Origin: Candidatus Zixiibacteriota bacterium
GTDB taxonomy: Bacteria; Zixibacteria; MSB-5A5; GN15; FEB-12
Direction: 5' to 3'
DNA: 64,000 bases
NCBI GenBank assembly: GCA_020351995.1
Contig: CP070674.1
Coordinates: 1,413,307 to 1,477,306, forward strand
This document shows positions 18,687 to 26,659 of this stretch, piece by piece. Numbering within the stretch: the stretch's first letter is position 1; each line of letters opens with the position of its first letter. The notes under the pieces were generated by a model. That model saw only the letters and a program-made list of their open reading frames with translations. It did not search any database and was not told the DNA's origin. The position numbers were made by a program, and so were the translations under genes.

Positions 18687-19710
18687 ACGTGGTCAGTTTC
18701 TTGCTGAGATCCTCAAGGCCCTGCATCTTGCCTATCAAGACCAATATGTCGTTCTCTTCGAGCACAGTTTCCGGGCCGGGGGCGATTACCATCTCCCGGT
18801 CTTCCTTCTTCACGCCGATTATGGTTATTCCAAACTCTTTTTTGAGGTTGGACTCAACGAGACTTTTTCCAGCCAACTCGCAGCCACCAGGGACGACCAT
18901 TTCCTCGATGGTCAGGTCGCTCTCACCCAGAGAGGTAGCGCTCATGAAATCGAGCACATTCGGCCTCAACGAGGCCATGGCCATCCGGATACCTCCGAGC
19001 ACGTGAGGTGTTACAACATGATTCGCTCCGGCCCGCATGAGCTTCTTGACACCTTCTTCGTAGTCCGCTCTCGCGATGATCTGAAGGTTTCTGTTCATGT
19101 CTCGCGCGGTCAGGGTCAGGTAAACGTTGTGGGCTTCGTCGGGCAACGTAGATATGAGCGTTCGGGCCAACTCGATCCCGGCTCGCCTGAGGGTATCATC
19201 GTCGGTGGCTTCACCCTGAATGAACAGAAAGCCGTCCCGGTGCAGTAATGAGACCGCCTCCTCGTCTTTCTCGATCACCACGAAATTGACCTTTTTCCTT
19301 TGAAACTCCATGGCCACCTGTCGCCCGACTCGGCCGAAGCCGGCAATTATGAAATGGTTCGAGAATTTTCGTATCTTATTCTCCATCTTTCTTCTCCCGA
19401 GTATTTCTTTGAATTGCCCTTCCAGGACGATCTGCCCGATTACAGTGGCCGTAAAGCCGGCCAGGGCCACCCCGAAGAGAATCAGGAATATGACAAATAC
19501 GCGCCCCTCAGGGTGAAGAGTTTTTACCTCCCCGAAGCCGACCGTTGACAGTGTTATGATCGTCATATAGAGGGCATCGAGCGGATCCATTCCTTCCAGC
19601 AATATGAAGCCGGTGCTCCCGAGCACTATCGCGATCATCAATCCCCCCAGAGCCAGGTTCAGCTTTTGGGTAGCCGTAAGGGGAATACCGGCATTTTGAT
19701 CAACAGCCAT
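18685..19710 (-). CDS. Two-TM potassium channel with cytoplasmic RCK (TrkA-N/TrkA-C) domains (MthK/Kch-like)
   Basis: 341 aa. Selectivity filter TLSTVGFGE. Rossmann motif IIAGFGRVGRQVA. C-terminal TrkA-C-like segment. Confidence 0.85.
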   Translation of the reverse strand: MAVDQNAGIPLTATQKLNLALGGLMIAIVLGSTGFILLEGMDPLDALYMTIITLSTVGFGEVKTLHPEGRVFVIFLILFGVALAGFTATVIGQIVLEGQFKEILGRRKMENKIRKFSNHFIIAGFGRVGRQVAMEFQRKKVNFVVIEKDEEAVSLLHRDGFLFIQGEATDDDTLRRAGIELARTLISTLPDEAHNVYLTLTARDMNRNLQIIARADYEEGVKKLMRAGANHVVTPHVLGGIRMAMASLRPNVLDFMSATSLGESDLTIEEMVVPGGCELAGKSLVESNLKKEFGITIIGVKKEDREMVIAPGPETVLEENDILVLIGKMQGLEDLSKKLTT

Positions 19711-19930
19711 AACGGCAATAACCTATTAAATTTTGACTGTCTTATCTACAAAAATATTGAGTGCCACAAATCACCGTATCAATCGGCGGCTTGACCCACC
19801 CTCGCACCTTCCGCCACCCGGTAGCTTGGTTGGCGCGAAAGGGGTTTTAGTTGACGAAGAGCATGCGGCCTATTAACAAAGGTAAGTTTAAGCCAGGGAG
19901 TCCAAACTGAGAAGTACCCATCGCTTTCTG

Positions 19931-20320
19931 TTGTATCATCTGCCGATGATTCTGTATGCGGGAATGATAATAGCAGTCTCTTCCATCCCGCATCTGAGAG
20001 GTCCGTCGATAGAGATACCAGGCGCCGACAAGATTGTCCACGGTATCGAATACGGAGTCTTCGCATTTCTGATATTCAGATCGTTTTTCAATTTCAGCGA
20101 CAACTTTTCGTTGAGAGGAACACTTGCCTGCGCGGCAACATTCATAGTGATCTTTGCCGTCTTCGACGAATTCTATCAGCGATCCGTCCCGGGACGTCAA
20201 TTTGATGTGAGCGATATGATCGCCGACATAATAGGCGCCCTGCTCGTGCTCTTGATTATAGGGATGCGCAAACGAAGAGCAAGACGGGCCGCGGGTCGGT
20301 CCGGTCAGACCGCGCTTTAG
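19931..20320 (+). CDS. VanZ-like family membrane protein
   Basis: About 125 aa with four hydrophobic segments. Motifs DKIVHGIEYGVFAFL and FDEFYQRSVPGRQFDVSDMIADIIGA are typical of VanZ. Start is either TTG 19931 or ATG 19946. Confidence 0.75.
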   Translation: MYHLPMILYAGMIIAVSSIPHLRGPSIEIPGADKIVHGIEYGVFAFLIFRSFFNFSDNFSLRGTLACAATFIVIFAVFDEFYQRSVPGRQFDVSDMIADIIGALLVLLIIGMRKRRARRAAGRSGQTAL

Positions 20321-20462
20321 CACTGAAGTCAGCGACTATTTGTTCCCGGGGCGAGCCAACGCCCGCACATATTTCCGCTTTTTTGTTTATTTTCTGTTGA
20401 CTTATACATATATTGCACGCAATCACATCGACTATTTGGGTTTATAATTCTTTAGGAACACC

Positions 20463-21467
20463 GTGCCACTCCAGATAAAAGTCGCGGGCAAAACTGATGT
20501 CGGCCTGGTCCGTACGGCTAACGAGGATTGCCTGCACCTGGATGAAAAAAACAGAATCTTCGCCGTCTGTGACGGCATGGGCGGGCATCAGGCCGGTGAG
20601 GTTGCCTCGATGATGTCGGCGGATATCATTGACATTATCTTCAATCATTTTCAGGATGAGATTCAGCGTGACGAACGACTTTCGTTTGGGCACGCATTGC
20701 CTCAGAGCGGCGAAATCCTGATCAAGGCCATACGAATCGCAAATCGGGCCATCTTCAATACCGCCGTGGAAAAACCCACCCTCCTGGGTATGGGCACCAC
20801 CGTTGTGGCGCTGGCCCTCGAGGGAGATGTGCTGTCGGTCGCCCACGTCGGGGACAGCCGCGCCTATAGGCTCAAGGAGCGGTCACTCGAGCCACTCACT
20901 GTAGATCACTCCTGGGTAGCCGAAATACAGCAGAATCAGAACCTGTCACATCAGGAGGCGGCCTCGGTGGTGGGAAAGAACGTCATAACCAGGGCCCTGG
21001 GCGTTCGCGAGAATGTCGAGGTCGATTACCGCCTGGTTAAAGTCGGGCCGGGCGACAAATTCATGATCTGCTCCGATGGCCTGTGCGGATTCGCTGATGA
21101 CGATGAGATATTCCATACCATGAACCGGGTTCGCGACGACAATGAGCATATCGTCACCGAACTGGTGCAGTTGGCCAATGATCGAGGTGGTGCCGATAAC
21201 GTCACGGTCGCTGTTCTGGAGGTGATCGACGTTGAGGCTTCCGACGCCCCGGAGATCGAGAGATTGACGATTCCGGCTGAGACAAACGAGATTCTCAGTG
21301 TCGAAGACGGGTGGCTGGAGAAATTGAACGCGTTTATCGCCCGCAGAAACGAAACACCTGAGATTGTGCCGCCCGAGAAACCGGTAAATAAGGCCACGGT
21401 AATCGTTATTTTCGTAATCTTCATTATCATCGCCGCTGTAATCATCTACTTCTCCGCCGTTCGTTGA
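20463..21467 (+). CDS. PP2C-family Ser/Thr protein phosphatase with extreme C-terminal TM anchor
   Basis: 334 aa. Motifs: TDVGLVRTANEDC, VCDGMGGHQAGEVAS, VGDSRAY, ICSDGL and GGADNVTV. The last about 25 aa are hydrophobic (ATVIVIFVIFIIIAAVIIYFSAV). GTG start. Confidence 0.9.
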   Translation: MPLQIKVAGKTDVGLVRTANEDCLHLDEKNRIFAVCDGMGGHQAGEVASMMSADIIDIIFNHFQDEIQRDERLSFGHALPQSGEILIKAIRIANRAIFNTAVEKPTLLGMGTTVVALALEGDVLSVAHVGDSRAYRLKERSLEPLTVDHSWVAEIQQNQNLSHQEAASVVGKNVITRALGVRENVEVDYRLVKVGPGDKFMICSDGLCGFADDDEIFHTMNRVRDDNEHIVTELVQLANDRGGADNVTVAVLEVIDVEASDAPEIERLTIPAETNEILSVEDGWLEKLNAFIARRNETPEIVPPEKPVNKATVIVIFVIFIIIAAVIIYFSAVR

Positions 21468-21519
21468 CATCCCGATCATATCACTGTCTCCTCACCGCAT
21501 TCTCATTCGGAAAATTCCC

Positions 21520-21549
21520 TTGACTTTTGAGTCTGATACGCCCTATTTG
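21520..21549 (+). promoter_or_regulatory. Promoter candidate for tRNA-Arg (TTGACT-N18-TATTTG)
   Basis: A -35-like TTGACT lies at 21520..21525 and an AT-rich -10-like hexamer ends about 12 nt before the mature tRNA 5' end. Confidence 0.35.
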
Positions 21550-21561
21550 GACTCGAAAAAT

Positions 21562-21635
<74 letters not shown>

Positions 21636-21674
21636 TTTTCTTATTGCAGATTTTCCAGATTTGCCGGCCCGGCG

Positions 21675-22397
21675 TCAGTGGAGAAAAGCGGCGACACGCC
21701 GGGCGATTTCGAAATTCTTGAAGGGCTTGGTTATATAACCGTCAGCGCCCGCCTCCAGAACATCGTGCTTATCGTAACCGTAAGTCTTGCCGGTGACTAT
21801 AAGCACCGGGATTTTGCGGGATTTCTCTTTTATGGCTTTGAGCAATTCCAGGCCGTTCATGCCAGGCATCTCGAGGTCCGAAATAACCAGCCCGATCTTC
21901 TTTGAATCAAACAGTTCCAGGGCCTGTTCGCCGCTCTCGGCTTCTTTCGTCTTATATCCCTCACGCTCGACGATCTTCTTAAGCAGGCCTCGCATGAGCG
22001 GATCGTCATCGACAATCAGAATCGTCTTCGTACTGTTTTCAATCAGGTGCTGAATTTTGGTGATAAGGATTCTGGCGTCGACCGGTTTGACAATAAAATC
22101 CTTGGCCCCCAACTCAATGCTTTTCATGACTGACTCGCGGTCGTGCTGAGCCGAAACCACCAGTACCGGGATCTTGTTGTACCGCTGGTTGGTCTGCAGG
22201 TACTCCAGAAACTGAAAGCCGTCCATACCGGGCATGTAGATGGTGCAGATTATGGCATCAAAAAAACGGTGCCCATTGAGCTCATTAATAGCCATTCGTC
22301 TGGAGTTGGCGATGACTACCTCGTATTCGGCCGCATCCAGGGTGGTTTTGATGGTTTTCAGCGTGACCGGATCTTCTTCGACCAGTAAGATTCTCAT
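21675..22397 (-). CDS. Stand-alone tandem receiver protein (REC-REC); first receiver lacks the phospho-acceptor Asp
   Basis: 240 aa. REC1 reads MRILLVEEDP...FFDAIICTIYMPGMDG, with Thr52 at the acceptor position. REC2 is canonical: ILIVDDDP...IGLVISDLEMPGMNG...ITKPF. No output domain. Confidence 0.85.
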   Translation of the reverse strand: MRILLVEEDPVTLKTIKTTLDAAEYEVVIANSRRMAINELNGHRFFDAIICTIYMPGMDGFQFLEYLQTNQRYNKIPVLVVSAQHDRESVMKSIELGAKDFIVKPVDARILITKIQHLIENSTKTILIVDDDPLMRGLLKKIVEREGYKTKEAESGEQALELFDSKKIGLVISDLEMPGMNGLELLKAIKEKSRKIPVLIVTGKTYGYDKHDVLEAGADGYITKPFKNFEIARRVAAFLH

Positions 22398-22547
22398 GAA
22401 GCAATACTCTCAAAAACCGGGTTGCTCGGTTGATAATCCAACCACGAGCCACATTGTCACAGACAGGGCCGATTACCCTATCTATAAGCTTATAATCGGC
22501 CAAATTGTCCTGTGGATTAGCCTTATGCCGGTGTAAGCCACTTTCCC

Positions 22548-22568
22548 GGTGTTCAACACCTGAACACC
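22548..22568. promoter_or_regulatory. Inverted repeat GGTGTTCA-N5-TGAACACC (candidate operator), copy 1
   Basis: Perfect 8-bp arms in the 523-bp divergent intergenic region between the REC-REC gene and the pilin cluster. The same GTGTTCA-N5-TGAACACCGA occurs at 32389..32410. Confidence 0.5.
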
Positions 22569-22920
22569 GATCAACCACCAGCAGCGGAAGATTCGACTCT
22601 AAAGTCACCGGACTCAATCCCGCTCTCCCGTAGATATCCGCCTTGTAGCGGCTCTCTAACATGGACAGAATTATCTTACCATTGCCTATGCTGTCCCCAA
22701 TGTCGGATGTCCGACAGTATTCAACGGGACTAATCCATCCCGGCTGCCATGACTTGACAGGGGCGGCGCAAGACGCTTTATAACAAACAATTACGTTCAG
22801 GCCTCGATGGCTGACGCCGGGACGACAATCTAAAGGTTTGGCCCCTGAAGCCGATATTTTCTTAAAGGACCGGCAGTGCCGGTTCCGCCCTACCATTTAT
22901 TAGAAAGGACTATCGGGGTT

Positions 22921-23352
22921 ATGTACCACATTACAGGATACCATTGGAAAAACGACCGCGGCCTCAGTCTACTCGAAGTGCTGGTGGCAATGATTGTGCT
23001 CGCGGTCGGTATCTTAGGACTGGCACCTATGGTTGTGTTATCTATCGAAGGAAACAGTATATCGCGCGACTTCATCGTCGCCACCGAACTGGCTAAGGAG
23101 CAGCTTGAGCTATATGAAGCGCAGGATGTATTGATGAAGGCCAAGCCGGCACCCGCGCTTCCCACTGATAGTCTCAGTGATACCTTGATTTACTTACCCG
23201 ACGTTGACGGCTATTCGCGCACCGTTACCATTCAGGCCGCTGAAGGAATCAATCCGCCGAATCTTGTGAAAGTGACAATCGACATATCCTGGACAGACAA
23301 GTTAGGCAAGGTCCGCGCGATAAGACACTCAACACTGATGATGAATAACTGA
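22921..23352 (+). CDS. Type IV pilus minor pilin, PilV-like
   Basis: Prepilin N-terminus MYHITGYHWKNDRG/LSLLEVLVAMIVLAVGILGLAPM, the class III signal with Glu at +5. The ORF track starts at GTG 22876; I prefer ATG 22921. Confidence 0.75.
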   Translation: MYHITGYHWKNDRGLSLLEVLVAMIVLAVGILGLAPMVVLSIEGNSISRDFIVATELAKEQLELYEAQDVLMKAKPAPALPTDSLSDTLIYLPDVDGYSRTVTIQAAEGINPPNLVKVTIDISWTDKLGKVRAIRHSTLMMNN

Positions 23353-23368
23353 GGGGGGCAGGTTGAAA

Positions 23369-23986
23369 ATGAATACAAAAGAGAAAAAGCTCATTGGCGG
23401 ACACGCCGGTTTCACTCTTATAGAGCTTCTTATAGCGGCTCTCATTACGGCGATTCTGGCCGTTGCGGCGTTTCAGTTCTATGTCACCATGCAGCAGCAG
23501 GTCACTTCTCAAAAAGAGATTTCGGACATGCAGCAGATAAGCCGCTCGTGTCTCCAGGAAATCAGCAAAACTCTCCGCATGGCGGGCTACATGCTTCCCG
23601 AGGGCCACCCTGCCTTTGACACGATAAGCTCTGCCGAAATATGGGTATACATCGGGACCGGTGACCTGAGTGCCCTGGACCCGGTCGACACGACCAAATA
23701 CTACCTTCAGGAGTTTGATGCTGCTCAGTATGACAAGGTTCCGGGTCTCGCTGCTGGCATGAAACTATACAATCTGATTAAGGAGTCCGAAGAGCCCGGC
23801 TGGACACAGCCCGAAATCTTCGCCGACTACATAACGTCGCTATCCTTTCTGCCTATTGGTTCGTCAGAAATAGCAGTCACCATAGAGGTGCAAACCTCGA
23901 AAAAGGATGAAACCTTCAACGCTAACAACGGCTTTCGAACCTTTGTCAACACCGAGCGCGTTAACATGCGCAACCTGACGATATGA
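23369..23986 (+). CDS. Type IV pilus minor pilin, PilW-like
   Basis: MNTKEKKLIGGHAG/FTLIELLIAALITAILAVAAFQFY prepilin cleavage/methylation motif. The gene order V-W-X matches the classical fimU-pilVWXY1E order. Confidence 0.75.
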   Translation: MNTKEKKLIGGHAGFTLIELLIAALITAILAVAAFQFYVTMQQQVTSQKEISDMQQISRSCLQEISKTLRMAGYMLPEGHPAFDTISSAEIWVYIGTGDLSALDPVDTTKYYLQEFDAAQYDKVPGLAAGMKLYNLIKESEEPGWTQPEIFADYITSLSFLPIGSSEIAVTIEVQTSKKDETFNANNGFRTFVNTERVNMRNLTI

Positions 23987-25188
23987 GGAGGATCAAGTTG
24001 AAGAAGCTGATAAATGACAATAGTGGCGGGGCGCTTGTTATCGTCCTCGGTTTAATGCTTCTGCTGACAATAGCGGCCATACTGGCGGTGCATACCGCCC
24101 AGACCGATATAGACCTGTCTTTCAATCAGGTAGACTACGACCACGCCTTCTACATCGCCGACGCCGGCCTGAAAAAGGCCTTCAATGAACTGAACAAGGA
24201 CAACTTCTGGTCAGCCGGCTACCTTGAAATGGCCTTTGAGGACGGCGCGTATACCGTCATCACGGAACGGGATATCCCCGTCACCGATTCGGCCTTCGAC
24301 CCGATCACCGACAGGGTGACCCTGCGATCAACGGCCAGCTATCGGGAGTCTCAGGCTAACCTGAGAGCAGTGGTGGTACCGGAATTATTCTACCCCTTCA
24401 AATACGCCGTGTATGGAGAAGATGGGATTCTCATGGACAACAATTCGGAAACCGATTCCTACAACTCCGATGACGGGGCTTATGTTGATTCGCTCGCCGG
24501 GACAGAAGGCGATGTCGCATCTAATGGAACTATAGTCCTGGAGAACTCAGCGTTGGTAAACGGCGACGCCAGTAGTTCCCTGACCGGTGGTGTCAGCGTT
24601 TGTGCCACGTGTGGCGTCACGGAAGATGTTAGCGATGCAGCCGAGCCTTTCGAAATTCCGCCGATACCGGATTCGGTGTTCACTTACTATGAATCAAACA
24701 ATGACAACATTACCGGTGTTGATCCGGTAACCAGCATGATTTACCCCGGGCCGGATCTGATCCTGGCCATCGCCGACACGATAACCCTGACAACCGGCGT
24801 TTACTACTTCAACGACATAACGATGAACTCAAATTCGGTGATCATTCTGGATCCGACAGATCCAGACGTTGAGGTAAAGATATATATTCGCGGAACACTC
24901 ACCCTGGACAATAACACCACCATAAACCCGAATAATGACCCGACGGATTGCCTGATCTTCTCCGACGGCCAGATAGTTACAATCGGCAACGATACTGAGA
25001 TTTATGCCGCGTTCTACGGACCGGATGCCGATGTTGATCTGGGTAACAGCTGCGATTGGTACGGTTCGATAATAGCTGAATCGGTGAGCATGGTCAATAC
25101 GGGAAGCCTTCATTATGACGAAGCGCTGGCACCGATTCCGATCACTACCACCGGCAATATGCTCATGATATCCTGGATCGAGGATTAG
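23983..25188 (+). CDS. PilX-N-domain pilus assembly protein with C-terminal beta-helix-like domain
   Basis: 401 aa. N-terminus GGALVIVLGLMLLLTIAAILAVHTAQTDIDLS is PilX_N-like, with no Glu5. ATGA overlap with the PilW-like gene. C-terminal block FYGPDADVDLGNSCDWYGSIIAESVSMVNTGSLHYDEAL. Confidence 0.7.
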   Translation: MRRIKLKKLINDNSGGALVIVLGLMLLLTIAAILAVHTAQTDIDLSFNQVDYDHAFYIADAGLKKAFNELNKDNFWSAGYLEMAFEDGAYTVITERDIPVTDSAFDPITDRVTLRSTASYRESQANLRAVVVPELFYPFKYAVYGEDGILMDNNSETDSYNSDDGAYVDSLAGTEGDVASNGTIVLENSALVNGDASSSLTGGVSVCATCGVTEDVSDAAEPFEIPPIPDSVFTYYESNNDNITGVDPVTSMIYPGPDLILAIADTITLTTGVYYFNDITMNSNSVIILDPTDPDVEVKIYIRGTLTLDNNTTINPNNDPTDCLIFSDGQIVTIGNDTEIYAAFYGPDADVDLGNSCDWYGSIIAESVSMVNTGSLHYDEALAPIPITTTGNMLMISWIED

Positions 25189-25420
25189 CACTTTTGGCCC
25201 GAATCGCCTCACAGGCACATGGGAACTATAGCAGTATGTGAGGCACGACCGACGGCCCGGGCCCGATGAAAAGGTCGTCGATATTGAGAGTCAATTGGAC
25301 TCGAACGCTTTTAGACAGGTAACATGCGAGGGGCCTTTCTTCCTGGCGGGGGCTGACCAGCCTGCATGACATCAAGCGTGTTACAACAAGATAACGCTGT
25401 AATACGAGGAGTGTGTAGCC

Positions 25421-26587
25421 GTGGGACAACTACACATCAGTCAGCAAGGCGGGGCATTGCTCATCGCTCTGGGCATCATGTTACTGCTCACTATCGCAGC
25501 CCTCATAGCCGTGGATACCGCTCAAACCGATATGGAGCTATCCTTTAACCAGGTTCACTCCAGCCAGTCATTCTATGTCGCCCAGGCCGGGCTTATCCGG
25601 GCTTTCAACGAGATTAACAATGACAATGACTGGACGGCGGGCTTTCTGAACGAGCCGTATGAGGGGGGCTATTACACCGTCATCGTGGTTGACAGCACGG
25701 TCGAGGGTGCTCTGGTAGACACTGTCATTCTTCGCGCCACCGGTAAGATCGGCGACGCCAACACTAATCTCGAGGCACTGGTCGTTCCCGAATACTGGCG
25801 ACCATTTCAGTATGCTATGTTCGGAGACAGCGCCATAGTGATGGACAATAACACCTGTACCGACTCCTATAACTCGGACTCAGGCGACTATGCCTCCACC
25901 ATGGATCTAATCAATGGTGATGTCGCCTCTAACGGCGACCTGGAGTTCATCCATACCGCCGTTGTCGGCGGCGACGCCTCGAGCGCGACCGAAGGAGGCA
26001 TCTTTGTCTGTGCCACCTGCACCGTTTATGGAGATACCACCAGCAAGATCGATCCTCTCCCCGTTCCACCGGTACCGGATTCCGTTTACGATTGGGCACG
26101 GTCGGTCAACGCCGCTCCCGGCGGGCTTTCGGATCCATCCATGTACGATGGCGTCACTCATGCTTTAAACATGAATCTCAACTCAACGCTGACTCTATCC
26201 GGAGGCGTCTATTATTTCTCCGAAATCACAATAGAGAACAATTCCCGGCTGCAGGTTGCGCCTGGCGAAAGCGTCGAAATCTACGTGACCGGCGATATAT
26301 CTATCGGGCAAAACGCGTATGTCAATACTGACGGCGATCCGGCCGACATGGTGATTTTCTCCGATGGCGACTCCCTGCAGCTAGGCATGAGCACGGTGGT
26401 GCACGCCGCCTTTTATGGGCCTTCGGCAATTATGACAATGGAGAACAATTGTCAGTACTATGGATCAATCGTAGCCTACTCCGGCAGCGCCGTAAATGCC
26501 GCCTGTATACACTACGATCGGGCACTCCGGGAAGTGGAAGGCGGAAAAACCGGCGTGATGCATATGATCGCCTGGAAAGAATTATAA
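25421..26587 (+). CDS. Second PilX-N-domain protein (paralog of 23983..25188)
   Basis: 388 aa, GTG start. N-terminus GGALLIALGIMLLLTIAALIAVDTAQTDMELSFNQV. Collinear with its paralog, including the VCATC and FYGPSA...YGSIVA...IHYDRAL blocks. Confidence 0.7.
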   Translation: MGQLHISQQGGALLIALGIMLLLTIAALIAVDTAQTDMELSFNQVHSSQSFYVAQAGLIRAFNEINNDNDWTAGFLNEPYEGGYYTVIVVDSTVEGALVDTVILRATGKIGDANTNLEALVVPEYWRPFQYAMFGDSAIVMDNNTCTDSYNSDSGDYASTMDLINGDVASNGDLEFIHTAVVGGDASSATEGGIFVCATCTVYGDTTSKIDPLPVPPVPDSVYDWARSVNAAPGGLSDPSMYDGVTHALNMNLNSTLTLSGGVYYFSEITIENNSRLQVAPGESVEIYVTGDISIGQNAYVNTDGDPADMVIFSDGDSLQLGMSTVVHAAFYGPSAIMTMENNCQYYGSIVAYSGSAVNAACIHYDRALREVEGGKTGVMHMIAWKEL

Positions 26588-26596
26588 CAAAACAGG

Positions 26597-26630
26597 AGGC
26601 CGAGGCGACAATCCACTGCCGTCTCGGCCT
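26597..26630. terminator. Hairpin between convergent genes (PilX-like 2 and the giant gene)
   Basis: AGGCCGAG...CTCGGCCT 8-bp stem. On the minus strand it is followed by CCTGTTTTG; there is no T-run on the plus strand. Confidence 0.45.
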
Positions 26631-26659
26631 GCTATAATCAACTCTAATATCAAAGAAAT

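Noticed and set aside
18622-19248. 208-aa plus-strand ORF.
   Set aside because: It is antisense to the K+ channel gene, which has a TVGFG filter and an RCK Rossmann motif. It has no motif of its own, so I read it as a shadow ORF.
20946-21479. 177-aa and 139-aa minus-strand ORFs overlapping the PP2C gene.
   Set aside because: They are antisense to a gene carrying the full set of PP2C motifs, and their composition is not protein-like.
22285-22896. 203-aa minus-strand ORF spanning the REC/pilin intergenic region.
   Set aside because: It overlaps the 5' end of the REC-REC gene in another frame. It is Arg/Cys/His-rich with no hydrophobic core pattern and has no RBS. I treat the region as non-coding regulatory DNA.
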